DNA of 64,000 bases from a bacterium (GTDB taxonomy: Bacteria > Patescibacteriota > Minisyncoccia > 2-01-FULL-47-10 > JBBIMT01), in NCBI GenBank assembly GCA_037443185.1, contig JBBIOV010000001.1:10866-74865 (forward strand). Direction: 5' to 3'. Positions 30,507-40,070 of this stretch are shown here, piece by piece (the first letter of the stretch is position 1; every line of letters begins with the position of its first letter). The notes beneath the pieces were generated by a model that saw only the letters and a list, made by a program, of their open reading frames with translations, searched no databases and was not told the origin of the DNA. The translations under genes were made by a program, and so were the position numbers.

Positions 30507-31538
30507 TTATTTTATAATTTTTTGTTCTAATGGATGTCGAGGAGTAGTTTTGTGGGTTGAGCCAGTTTTTCCCACTGCAAATAAAAATTGCGGAATCTGT
30601 TTTGTATTAATAATTTTTTGCAATCTTTGATATAGTTTCCCCATTTCAATTGATGCTACAAAAATTGATGTCTGCCAACCCCTTGCATTAAATTCCAACA
30701 TAATTCTCTGAGCAATTCTTCCAACATTAAGCCAGATTAATGGATTGTTTGCATTGGCAGTTATAATTACTACCAAAGGCGCCGAATTTAAACTCATTTG
30801 ATTAAGTTTTGACAAAAAAAAGCCTAAATTGAACCATCTTACTAAAGTAGGGAAAATAAATGAAAAAGGAAAAGGCATTTTTAATGCATAGCCAGGAATT
30901 CCATCTTTGCGTCTTGTCAAACTACTACGTAACCATCTAGCCATTTCTTTTCTAAAGGATTTTTTTGCATATGCTATTTTCAAGCCTTCAGCAGTAAGTC
31001 TTGCTATTTCGGAAATTTGAGTTTCGTTTGATATCCAATGAACAGTTATATTGTTTAACTGATACTCATTGTTAATAATTGTAGAAATTTCATTTAAAAT
31101 TTCTACCGGAACTTTGATTGGTTGAAATATCCCCCGAGCGTTTACTCTTTTTGGAATTGTATTCAAAATTTTTCGATAATTATCATTTACTTTGCTACTT
31201 AAATTTTTAAAATATATTGTAGCCAAATGATTACTATCTGTTGTAGATTTCATTGAAATATAATCGAACACACCAAAATATTTTGCCGCCACAATTATAT
31301 TTTCTATAGCACAACCAATACTAATATGTAAATCTCTTTTTTGTGGATCTCCTTCTGGTAAAAGTAATTTAGGATCATAATAGACCTCACATCCTGATTT
31401 TATAATACGAAACAACCAAGGTTGAGTATTATGAGTAGAAGGAGCTAAAATTGCATAACGTAATAAAAATTTAGTTTTTTCTTTTGGGGAAGATAAGGTA
31501 AAAAAATCGTCAGGATTGATATTTCTTATATTATTCAT
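30507..31538 (-). CDS. Nitroreductase-superfamily (FMN-dependent oxidoreductase fold) protein, two-domain length
   Basis: LLRYAILAPSTHNTQPWLFRII and ISIGCAIENIIVAAKYFG match nitroreductase fold motifs. At 343 aa it is longer than classical NfsB-type enzymes and resembles SagB/McbC-like or Acg-like two-domain members. Confidence 0.55.
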   Translation of the reverse strand: MNNIRNINPDDFFTLSSPKEKTKFLLRYAILAPSTHNTQPWLFRIIKSGCEVYYDPKLLLPEGDPQKRDLHISIGCAIENIIVAAKYFGVFDYISMKSTTDSNHLATIYFKNLSSKVNDNYRKILNTIPKRVNARGIFQPIKVPVEILNEISTIINNEYQLNNITVHWISNETQISEIARLTAEGLKIAYAKKSFRKEMARWLRSSLTRRKDGIPGYALKMPFPFSFIFPTLVRWFNLGFFLSKLNQMSLNSAPLVVIITANANNPLIWLNVGRIAQRIMLEFNARGWQTSIFVASIEMGKLYQRLQKIINTKQIPQFLFAVGKTGSTHKTTPRHPLEQKIIK

Positions 31539-31624
31539 TTTTTATAAAATTAATTATAAATTTAATTTTTATTTTAAAAAAAGTAAATATCGTAAATATT
31601 GTTTCGATTATTTCCTTTTGTTAT

Positions 31625-32707
31625 TTATTTTATCATTATCTCATCAAATTTTATTAAACTTCGTCCGCTTGGCAGATTTTCTTCTAAAGCAATCTTGCGT
31701 GCAATTAAAGCGGCGATCCCGGAACTAATAGCAACGGTACTCATTACCTGAGGCCTACCAACTAAGGTTTTTCCAATATTCAATACCGAATTTATAACCC
31801 TTTCAGTTAAGTTTTCTTTTCCAACCAAATCAATAGCGTATTTTTTCTTTTCTTTTTCGGTTATCTGATTACGCATTATGGCATTTAAAATATTTTCATT
31901 CACTTTGCCGTTGAAAAATTTTACATCTGGCTCAATATCGTATCTTTCAATGTCTATCAAGACATTATCTCCTAAATTCGTAAGCATAACAACTGGTATT
32001 TTATTTTTTTTAGCTAATTTCCTAATTAAAATTTTTAATTTAAAGTCATCTATTACTTCAAAAATAAGTTTTGGTCTTGGATAATTTTCTATAAAATCTT
32101 GGAGATTTTTTTTATTTAGACCCTCATGATAAGAATAAATTTTAATATATGGATCTATCTCCATAATTTGTTCCTTTATAATATCAATTTTATGTCTGCC
32201 GATATCTTTTAATGAAGCTTTTACCCTGTTTAAATTAGTGGTGCTTAAAGTATCAAAATCAGCTAACTTAATATTTTTAGAAAATCCGTTATAGATTAAA
32301 GTTGTAGCAATATTACCACCAACTGATAAACCAGCAATAGCAACCGTAAAATTTCTTAACTTTTTTTGCTCTTTGGCTGTTATGATATTTTGATTTCTAT
32401 TGGTTCTTAAAAGATAATTTTCTTGTTCTGAAAGAGTATGAATCAAAGTATTACTCCAAGGATAATAAATCCAATCGCCGCTAATTTTAACATCTTTTTT
32501 ATTTTTGTATTTGATAAATTTCTTAAAGTTTTTTTTAAAAATCGATTGAGGATTTTTTATTTCAAATAATTCTTTAAGTTGTTTTTGATAAATATCAATC
32601 ACTTTGGGTTTAAAATAATCCTTTAATCTTTGAACGTCTTTAAAGTTATAATTGCCCTCTTTGAAAATTTTAATGTTGTTAATTTTTCTGATCATTTTTT
32701 TACCCAT
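31625..32707 (-). CDS. E1-like ThiF/MoeB/HesA-family adenylyltransferase with a ~115-aa N-terminal extension
   Basis: Rossmann VAIAGLSVGGNIATTLIYNGF and the ThiF signature KLADFDTLSTTNLNRV. The extra N-terminal domain is of unknown family. Confidence 0.6.
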   Translation of the reverse strand: MGKKMIRKINNIKIFKEGNYNFKDVQRLKDYFKPKVIDIYQKQLKELFEIKNPQSIFKKNFKKFIKYKNKKDVKISGDWIYYPWSNTLIHTLSEQENYLLRTNRNQNIITAKEQKKLRNFTVAIAGLSVGGNIATTLIYNGFSKNIKLADFDTLSTTNLNRVKASLKDIGRHKIDIIKEQIMEIDPYIKIYSYHEGLNKKNLQDFIENYPRPKLIFEVIDDFKLKILIRKLAKKNKIPVVMLTNLGDNVLIDIERYDIEPDVKFFNGKVNENILNAIMRNQITEKEKKKYAIDLVGKENLTERVINSVLNIGKTLVGRPQVMSTVAISSGIAALIARKIALEENLPSGRSLIKFDEIMIK

Positions 32708-34209
32708 TTTTGTTTAATGCCTGGTTTAAAAAATTCGGGATGCTCGTAAGGCCAAAATACTATTTTAGGAAAAGCTCGTTCTTTTAAAAAATTAGAAAGT
32801 TCACGATATTCAGCGTTTTTTTCTTGCAGATTTTGAACTAATCTCTTTAATAAACGATTTTTTAGATGATATGGTATTGACTCAATACTTCTCTTTAATT
32901 CTATATTAATTTCCAAATATTGATTTTGCTTTTTATCAAATTTCGTTAACATTGTAAATTTACCAGTTAAATAATTGTTGAACGGATTTTCTAAAAGGAC
33001 TTCTCTAATTGTTTCTGGATAAACTTGCAAACCATAAAGAGTTGTAGAAAAATCGTCGCGCTCAAATACAAAAACAAAAGGAAGTTCATTTAAAGTATAA
33101 GCAATGCCGGCTTTTTTGGCTTCATAAAAAATATCTATGTCATAGCGACGCAGTATTTCAATAAGTTCACTAAAAGAGTAAGCACCGCCATGATCCCCGA
33201 CTTTATATCTTATTAAGGGAATAACATTATTGCCAGTTAATATTATATCACCATTTTCCGATTCAAATCCTATAAATAAAGGATTATACTGCGCTAAAGT
33301 TGGTGTTTTATTAATAGCGCCGAAAATGTCATTAAATAACGCTTTATTTTTTACCGCTAAACTTCTTATTAAAATACTTAAAGGCGTTTCAAAAGCCATA
33401 GCCCCAATATCAGCTGTTCCATAAATATTCATTGTGTCTAAAAATCTATTTTTAAGGCCTGCTTTGCTAACTAAATAATCTCGAAAATCTTCAGAAAAGG
33501 TTTCTGCCGCAAAAATTAATCTTAAGTTTAATTTTTTCAAATCAATTCCTTCAGCTTGAGCATCATCAATGACATCTTTAATAAAAGGAGGATAACCTAT
33601 AAGTATTACTTGTCTATAAAATCTCGCTAAATTTTTCAAAGCCTTAAATATTTCTTGCTTATTTATGCCAGGAGTAATAATCGATAAAGGAAAATTTAAT
33701 CTGTATGCAGCAAGTTCCAATGCTTTATATGTTATGAGCCCTCCAATCCAAACACCCATTCCAAAAGCAACTATAACTAACACAGGGAAATTACTGTTTT
33801 TAATATTATTATAATTTTTCAAAAATTGTTCCAGTATTATTGAGTATTGCCAATCTAATTGATTATTGCGTGGAAAATAAAATGGTTCCCCTGTTGAACC
33901 TGAAGTCGATGTAAAGATTAAAGGCTTATTTAAATGGCCTTCCCAACAAAGTTCGTTTAACAGATTTCTTCTTAAATAATTTTTTTTGTTAATAAAGGGT
34001 ATTTTTTTAAAATCTCTCCAGCTACGAATCAAAGAAGGATTAATTTTTTTGCTTTTAAGGAACTTTTTATAAGCTGGTACATAACGACTTGCTAAATGAA
34101 AAAGGCGAAGGGACAATTTTCTCTGTTCTAAAGACCAATAGTCAGATTTTTTTTTGGTAATTGAGTTTATGATTTTTTTTGTTTTGGAAGTGTTTTTTAA
34201 AAAAATCAT
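32692..34209 (-). CDS. PaaK / coenzyme-F390-synthetase / CapK-like adenylate-forming enzyme
   Basis: ANL-subfamily motifs FTSTSGSTGEPFYFP, IVAFGMGVWIGGLITYKALE, IFAAETFS, NIYGTADIGA, comparable with PaaK blocks. Confidence 0.6.
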   Translation of the reverse strand: MIFLKNTSKTKKIINSITKKKSDYWSLEQRKLSLRLFHLASRYVPAYKKFLKSKKINPSLIRSWRDFKKIPFINKKNYLRRNLLNELCWEGHLNKPLIFTSTSGSTGEPFYFPRNNQLDWQYSIILEQFLKNYNNIKNSNFPVLVIVAFGMGVWIGGLITYKALELAAYRLNFPLSIITPGINKQEIFKALKNLARFYRQVILIGYPPFIKDVIDDAQAEGIDLKKLNLRLIFAAETFSEDFRDYLVSKAGLKNRFLDTMNIYGTADIGAMAFETPLSILIRSLAVKNKALFNDIFGAINKTPTLAQYNPLFIGFESENGDIILTGNNVIPLIRYKVGDHGGAYSFSELIEILRRYDIDIFYEAKKAGIAYTLNELPFVFVFERDDFSTTLYGLQVYPETIREVLLENPFNNYLTGKFTMLTKFDKKQNQYLEINIELKRSIESIPYHLKNRLLKRLVQNLQEKNAEYRELSNFLKERAFPKIVFWPYEHPEFFKPGIKQKWVKK

Positions 34210-35294
34210 TTCATTTTTGTGCCTTTAAAATAGCTTTCAGCTATTTCATCGGCAATTTTATTGGTAGACTTATTATTTTGTTTGGAAAGATTGAGGATAT
34301 TAATGACGGTTTTTTTTATCTGAAATATTTTATTTAATACCCTTTTTTTATTATATCCATCTTTTTCTAATTCAGCTACTACATTAATTAAACCACCTGC
34401 ATTAGCTACGTAATCAGGAACATAAACAATTTTTTGTCTAAAAAACCAGTCGCCCACCTTTTGTTCAGCTAATTGATTGTTTGCCCCGCCACAAATAATT
34501 TTTGCTTTAATTTCACGAGCTTTTTTTAATGAAAATTCGTTTCCTAAAGCACAAGGCGAATAAATATCAACTTCTAAAGAGTGGATTTTTCTTGGGTTAA
34601 CAATTTCTACTTTTTTAATTATTTTCTTTGTTTGAATGAGAGCAGTTTCATCAATGTCAGCAATATATATTTGCGCTCCAGCGTCAAACAAAAGTTTAGC
34701 CAAAGTTCTTCCAACTTTTCCAACTCCCTTAATAGCGACTTTTAAACCAGAAAAGGAGTCTTTATTAAAAACAAACGAAACAGCACCTTGCATAGCGTAA
34801 AAAACACTTAAGGCAGCGTAGGGCGAAGGATCTCCAGCTAAAGACGGATTACCAATAAAAAATTTCGAATATTTCAACATAAATGAGACATCATTTTCAG
34901 TCAATCCAACATCTTCGCCAGTATAAAACTTTCCTTCAAGTTCATTTATCTTTTTCGCATAGGCTTTTAAGAGGTTGGGAGTTTTATCTGTCTTAGGATT
35001 TCCAATAATAACACCCTTACCTCCTCCGAAATGAACTTTAGCGATAGCACATTTATAGGTCATAGCCTGAGAAAGCCTTAAAACATCCTTCAAGGCTTGG
35101 GTTTCTGACTGATAAGCAAACATTCTTGTACCTCCAACAGCAGGCAAACCTAAATCATCGTTATGTATTGCAATAAATCCTTTGAGATTTACTGAGGCAT
35201 CTTCAATTTTAATGACTAATTTATGATTATCGAATTCTTTAAATTTTTTCAAATAATTAGAATCTATTAAATTCATAAATAAAACAGACATCAA
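34206..35294 (-). CDS. Glu/Leu/Phe/Val-family amino-acid dehydrogenase (leucine-dehydrogenase-like size)
   Basis: Catalytic K-box VHFGGGKGVI and dinucleotide fold IKGVGKVGRTLAKLLFDAGAQIYIADID; 362 aa. Confidence 0.7.
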   Translation of the reverse strand: MMSVLFMNLIDSNYLKKFKEFDNHKLVIKIEDASVNLKGFIAIHNDDLGLPAVGGTRMFAYQSETQALKDVLRLSQAMTYKCAIAKVHFGGGKGVIIGNPKTDKTPNLLKAYAKKINELEGKFYTGEDVGLTENDVSFMLKYSKFFIGNPSLAGDPSPYAALSVFYAMQGAVSFVFNKDSFSGLKVAIKGVGKVGRTLAKLLFDAGAQIYIADIDETALIQTKKIIKKVEIVNPRKIHSLEVDIYSPCALGNEFSLKKAREIKAKIICGGANNQLAEQKVGDWFFRQKIVYVPDYVANAGGLINVVAELEKDGYNKKRVLNKIFQIKKTVINILNLSKQNNKSTNKIADEIAESYFKGTKMK

Positions 35295-35629
35295 ATTACT
35301 GATGTCTGTAATTAATAGTGTTATATGAAAATAAAGCCCAAGTTATTTGTGTGTTTTGTTTAATAGCTTGGTGGAAATTTTTAAAAAATTCCAAAAAATG
35401 TTTCCTTTTTAAAATTTCCATTTTAATTAGATATTGAAAAATTTCCTTTATTTATCTTTATTTTTCCTTCTTTAATTATAATACCACAAAAATAATTTTA
35501 AGCAAGCTTTGTTAATAAAATTCGTGGTTTGGCAAGCTCTAAAATTTGCAAACTTCAACATTTTTAAGTTTAACTTTATAAAAATGGTTTACATTTTGAT
35601 AAAAATTCATTTTTATAAAAATATTTTTG

Positions 35630-35657
35630 TTGATTTTTAAAGGAAATTAATTATAAT
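35630..35657 (+). promoter_or_regulatory. Candidate sigma70-like promoter for rpmH (-35 TTGATT, 16-nt spacer, -10 TATAAT); would give a near-leaderless mRNA
   Basis: TTGATT 35630-35635 and TATAAT 35652-35657. The ATG is 9 nt after the -10 element. Confidence 0.3.
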
Positions 35658-35666
35658 AGAAACAAT

Positions 35667-35801
35667 ATGGTAAAAGGCTCGAAATTAAAAAAAATTAAAC
35701 GAAAAAGAGACCATGGCTTTTTAAGCCGCTCTAAAACGAAATCCGGAAAAAAAGTTCTAAAACGACGACGAAAAAAGGGTAGACACAAATTGACAGTATA
35801 A
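35667..35801 (+). CDS. rpmH: 50S ribosomal protein L34 (44 aa; below the ORF-track size cutoff)
   Basis: MVKGSKLKKIKRKRDHGFLSRSKTKSGKKVLKRRRKKGRHKLTV matches the L34 consensus (..KR..HGF..R..TK.GR.VL.RRR.KGR..LTV). Confidence 0.75.
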   Translation: MVKGSKLKKIKRKRDHGFLSRSKTKSGKKVLKRRRKKGRHKLTV

Positions 35802-35821
35802 TACTTCAAAAACTATTTTTT

Positions 35822-37123
35822 TCAAGCAATAACAGTTTTGCCCATAAATTCTTGAAGTGGCTTTGGAATTTCTATTGAGCCATCTTTTTTTTGATAATTT
35901 TCCATTATAGCCAATAGCGGTCTAGTGTTGGTAATAGCTGTGGCAGAAATTGTATGACAATATTTTATTTTGTCTTTATCCTTATATTTTATATTTAATC
36001 TTCTTGCCTGAAATTCCCAAAGATCAGAATTAGACATAACTTCCATATAACTTTGAGAAGAAGGCACCCAAACTTCCAAATCAAATTTGCGATAAGTTGG
36101 CATTCCTACATCCCCTGAACACATATCAAGAATACGATATGGTAGACCTAAATCTTGTAAAATTTCTTCTTCAATATCTAAAACTTCAAATATTAATTTC
36201 TCGGAAGTTTCCTCACTAGTAAATAAAATCATTTCTATTTTATCAAACTGATGGACTCTCTTGATACCGCGAACATCTTTGCCCCAGGAACCAACCTCTG
36301 TGCGAAAACATGGCGAATAACCGACATATTTTCGGGGTAGTTCTTTAATATCAAAAATTGTATTATGGTGATAAGCTACAATTGAAACTTCAGAGGTGCC
36401 TACTAAATATTTCGGCTCTTTTTCAATCTCTTTATCTTTATAACTTTCATCCCCGATTTCAAGTCGATAAATATTTGAAGATTCAAAAGGTAAATAACCG
36501 GTTCCTTCAAGCGCAAAACTTTTTACGATTACCGGGGGAATAATAGGAATAAATCCTTTATTAATTAATTTTTTTAATACAAAAGAAAAAAGTGCAAACT
36601 GCATTAAAACAAGATCGTTTTTTAAATAATAAAACCGCGAACCAGAAACCTCAGCAGAAGTTTTTGTATCAATTAAATTATGTAAAGTCCCAAGCGCTAA
36701 ATGATCTTTTGGAGTAAAATCGAATTTAGTTTTTTTACCCCATTCTTTTATAACAACATTTTTTTTGGAATTTTTGCCACGAGGCATATTAGGACTTACA
36801 ATGTTTGGTAGTCTTAAAGTAAGATTTTTTAAATTTTGCTCAACGTTCTTTAAAATCTCTTCCTTTTTTAAAATATCGCTTTTAATCTCTTTTAAAATTG
36901 CAATAATTTTTACATCTTTAATTTTTGAAAGGTCTTTTTTAATCTCTTCATTTAATTGATTGCGTTTTTTTCTTAAAGTGCTGATTTCAGTGGCAATCTT
37001 TTTTCTTTCTTTTTCTAAAATAATAATTTGATCCAATTTAAAATCGGCAGGGTTTAAGTTTCTGTCTAAAATGCTTTTTTCATATTCTTTTCGATTGTTA
37101 ATGATATAATCAATATTAATCAT
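35822..37123 (-). CDS. serS: Seryl-tRNA synthetase
   Basis: N-terminal coiled-coil arm, class II motifs (YSPCFRTEVGSWGKDVRGIKRVHQFDKIEM), 433 aa. Confidence 0.9.
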   Translation of the reverse strand: MINIDYIINNRKEYEKSILDRNLNPADFKLDQIIILEKERKKIATEISTLRKKRNQLNEEIKKDLSKIKDVKIIAILKEIKSDILKKEEILKNVEQNLKNLTLRLPNIVSPNMPRGKNSKKNVVIKEWGKKTKFDFTPKDHLALGTLHNLIDTKTSAEVSGSRFYYLKNDLVLMQFALFSFVLKKLINKGFIPIIPPVIVKSFALEGTGYLPFESSNIYRLEIGDESYKDKEIEKEPKYLVGTSEVSIVAYHHNTIFDIKELPRKYVGYSPCFRTEVGSWGKDVRGIKRVHQFDKIEMILFTSEETSEKLIFEVLDIEEEILQDLGLPYRILDMCSGDVGMPTYRKFDLEVWVPSSQSYMEVMSNSDLWEFQARRLNIKYKDKDKIKYCHTISATAITNTRPLLAIMENYQKKDGSIEIPKPLQEFMGKTVIA

Positions 37124-37209
37124 AAATAAAAATTAATACTGATATAATTTTTATTGACATCAGCATTACTTATAGCTTTATTATTTAAGTAGATTGTAAC
37201 AAGACAAGA

Positions 37210-37599
37210 TTAAAAAGCAAGTGTTCGGGCTAAATCATCTATTTTATCTTCCAATTTTTTTATTCGGCGACTAACAGTAATTAAAGTTTTATTTTTATCA
37301 TCTTTTAATTTTTCTACCATTCTTGCTAAAATTTTATCGCCGATAACATCGTAAATCCATTGAGCAAAATCAGACTTTTTTTTATTTGAATGGTATTTAA
37401 AAGTCTCTTCAGACATTTGTTCAAGTCCTGCCCTAAATTCGTATAACGAACAAAAAATCTTTCCATCAACACAAAAGAAGCATTTAGATTTTTCAGGAAT
37501 GATTCGTAAATATTGTTGTGCGATTTTAGCATGTTTTCTCATATTTTTTAAAGAAAACTCACAAGAAGCATCAAATTTTCTTGCGATTTTCCAAAGCAA
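37210..37599 (-). CDS. Hypothetical protein (129 aa), first gene of the alpha-glucan locus
   Basis: No recognisable motifs. Position between serS and the GH57 gene. Confidence 0.3.
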   Translation of the reverse strand: MLWKIARKFDASCEFSLKNMRKHAKIAQQYLRIIPEKSKCFFCVDGKIFCSLYEFRAGLEQMSEETFKYHSNKKKSDFAQWIYDVIGDKILARMVEKLKDDKNKTLITVSRRIKKLEDKIDDLARTLAF

Positions 37600-37606
37600 T
37601 TAATTT

Positions 37607-38827
37607 TTAATTTAAATCTTCTTTTCTTGATTTTAATTTATTAAGTCTTAATTTTAAATCTTGATAAATATTCATAAAATTAATGAACGCTTCATAAGGC
37701 GATTCGTAAGGATTAAAATACTTATGAACATCTCCATCAGCGAACCATTTAGTGCACATATAATAAAAATGATCTGAAGTTTGAAGGCGTCGCCAATTAT
37801 TTAAAAGTTTTTCATCTTTGACTTCATCTAATTCTTTTTTAAGTTCAAAAAGAAGTTTTAAGGCTTCTTTTTGCATATCATTTTCCTGCCAAGCTGATAA
37901 ATCTCGTTCAGTATCTGCCCAGGTAATATAATTTGGCACATTAATTGGCGCAACTGGTTTAATTCTTTCTATAACTTCACTAAAAGTATAAAAAGTAATA
38001 TTTTTATTTTTTAAAATTTCAGGAATTAAATGTTCAAAAAATTCAAATATCCCAGTGTCTTCCCACTGATGTTCTCCTAAAGTTTCATAATCCATACAAA
38101 GATTGACAACATCGGAATTTCCATCAAGCGCGGAAATCCAAGAAGCGAATTTATCGGCTGTTAATGGGTATTCTACCCAACTTCTTTCACTAAATCTAAA
38201 CGCAATATCATCTGAAAGACGATAATTTTTAAGCAATATTTTAAAGTTTTTTGTTTGTGGATGATGATAAACGAAATTAGCACTACGCCAGCCTAAAATT
38301 TTATCCGCTCCTTCAGTAATGATACCTTTATACCCCATTTTGCCTAAAAACAAACCAATATCATCACAATAAGCCGCTTCGGTATTTGAAAAAACTTTAG
38401 GCTTAATATGAAAATATTTATGTAGCGTTTCCTCTTGTAGTTTTATCTGACTTGAAAATTCGTCTAAAGAATATAAAAAAGCCAAAGAATGATAATAAGT
38501 TTCTCCTAAAATTTCCACCCGCCCTGTTTTAACTAAAAGTTTAAATAAATCAATAAGACCTGGATCATAAAGTTGAGCTTGTTCTAAAAAAATTCCTGAT
38601 AAAGAATAATTAACTTTAAATTGGGGGTATTTTTGGATAAGCTTTAAAATTAATTTGGTGGCTGGCCAATAACATTTATCTGCCACTTTTTTAAATATTG
38701 ATTCATTGGTTTGATTGTAACGATCTACAACTCCTTCAAAATATAAATCATCCTTTCCAATCGCAAAAAAAGGGTATTTTTTTAGTCTATAAGGCTGGTG
38801 AACTTTAAAATAAAGAGTAAGAACCAT
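37607..38827 (-). CDS. Glycoside hydrolase family 57-like protein (alpha-glucan branching / 4-alpha-glucanotransferase-type)
   Basis: N-terminal YFKVHQPYR and the following block resemble the GH57 HQP motif region. Lies in a locus with glucan synthases. Confidence 0.55.
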   Translation of the reverse strand: MVLTLYFKVHQPYRLKKYPFFAIGKDDLYFEGVVDRYNQTNESIFKKVADKCYWPATKLILKLIQKYPQFKVNYSLSGIFLEQAQLYDPGLIDLFKLLVKTGRVEILGETYYHSLAFLYSLDEFSSQIKLQEETLHKYFHIKPKVFSNTEAAYCDDIGLFLGKMGYKGIITEGADKILGWRSANFVYHHPQTKNFKILLKNYRLSDDIAFRFSERSWVEYPLTADKFASWISALDGNSDVVNLCMDYETLGEHQWEDTGIFEFFEHLIPEILKNKNITFYTFSEVIERIKPVAPINVPNYITWADTERDLSAWQENDMQKEALKLLFELKKELDEVKDEKLLNNWRRLQTSDHFYYMCTKWFADGDVHKYFNPYESPYEAFINFMNIYQDLKLRLNKLKSRKEDLN

Positions 38828-38874
38828 ATTAATGTCAAAAGGTTTACAATTTTTATTGGATGATTATTTAGTTT

Positions 38875-40050
38875 TTAAGCATATATCATTGCTGGTGCAA
38901 ACTTTAGATATATATTATGTATTTTTTCAGCCGCATCAGCCCAATTTATTTTTGAACATTCGCGATAGCAGTTTTGACTTAAGATATTTTTCAAGGACTC
39001 ATATTTTAAAACGGCTAAAATTTTATTAGTCATTTCATCAATATCCCAAAAATCAACCTTCAAAACATGTTTGACAACTTCGTTAACTCCAGATTGTTTT
39101 GATATTAACACCGGAGTGCCATTAGCCATTGCTTCTAAAGTAGTAATTCCAAAAGGCTCTGAGACAGACGGCATTACAAAAAGATCAGCACTTTGATATA
39201 ATTTATTTAAATCATCATCCCTTAAAAAACCAACGAAAAAAACTTTGTCAGCAAGTCCACTGCGCGCCACTTCTTCTATTAAATATCTTTCCATATCACC
39301 GGCTCCAGACATAACAAAAACAACATCTTTGTAATATTCTAAAGTTTTTTTCGCTGCTTTTAAAAAGTAGTCAGGACCCTTTTGAATAGTAAAACGACCA
39401 ACGAAAATAACTATTTTTTTGCCCAGTATTTTATTCATTAAACTATTTTGAACTTTTTTTTGAAAACAATTCTCAATTCCATTATGAACCACAGCGATTT
39501 TTTCAGGATTTATTTGATAATGTCGTATAATTTTATCTTTAGTAAAATGACTTACTGCTATAGCCTGATCCGCTTTGTCTAATCCTTCTTTTTCTATATG
39601 AAAAATTGCTGAATTTACAAATTGACCACCACCGCGATCGAATTCAGTAGCATGAACATGAATAATGAGAGGTTTTTTAGTGATATTTTTTGCCTCAATA
39701 CCAGCAGGGTAAGTCAACCAATCGTGAGCATGAATAATATCAAAATCAAACTGTTGACAAATGACTTTCATAGCCTCTCGATAAAGCGTTACTTGTTCGA
39801 TTAACTGTGAACTATGATTTAAATGCCAAAAAGTTTTGTAGCCGTCTAAAATTTTACCTGAAAACCTCTGAGCTAAAAAGTCTTCGGCAAATATTAATTT
39901 GCCATAAGGAAAATTAATTCTCATTTTCTGTGGTAAAACTAAAATAATTTTATGTTTTTTTGACAAATATTTTGTCAAATAATGGCATGCAACGCCAAGT
40001 CCGCCTGAGTTAAATGGTGGGTATTCCCAACCTAGAACTAATATATTCAT
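38875..40050 (-). CDS. GT4/GT5 glycosyltransferase, archaeal-type glycogen (alpha-glucan) synthase-like
   Basis: MNILVLGWEYPPFNSGGLGVACHYL N-terminus and EPFGITTLEAMANGTPVLISKQSG C-domain. Confidence 0.6.
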   Translation of the reverse strand: MNILVLGWEYPPFNSGGLGVACHYLTKYLSKKHKIILVLPQKMRINFPYGKLIFAEDFLAQRFSGKILDGYKTFWHLNHSSQLIEQVTLYREAMKVICQQFDFDIIHAHDWLTYPAGIEAKNITKKPLIIHVHATEFDRGGGQFVNSAIFHIEKEGLDKADQAIAVSHFTKDKIIRHYQINPEKIAVVHNGIENCFQKKVQNSLMNKILGKKIVIFVGRFTIQKGPDYFLKAAKKTLEYYKDVVFVMSGAGDMERYLIEEVARSGLADKVFFVGFLRDDDLNKLYQSADLFVMPSVSEPFGITTLEAMANGTPVLISKQSGVNEVVKHVLKVDFWDIDEMTNKILAVLKYESLKNILSQNCYRECSKINWADAAEKIHNIYLKFAPAMIYA

Positions 40051-40070
40051 AAAAACTATTAATGCTAATT

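Noticed and set aside
28866-35294. Interpreting the E1-like plus nitroreductase pair as a TOMM (thiazole/oxazole RiPP) cluster
   Set aside because: No YcaO cyclodehydratase is present. The large neighbouring enzyme has ANL/PaaK motifs (TSGSTGEP), not YcaO motifs. No precursor-peptide ORF or exporter is present. It is kept as an open candidate system, not called as TOMM.
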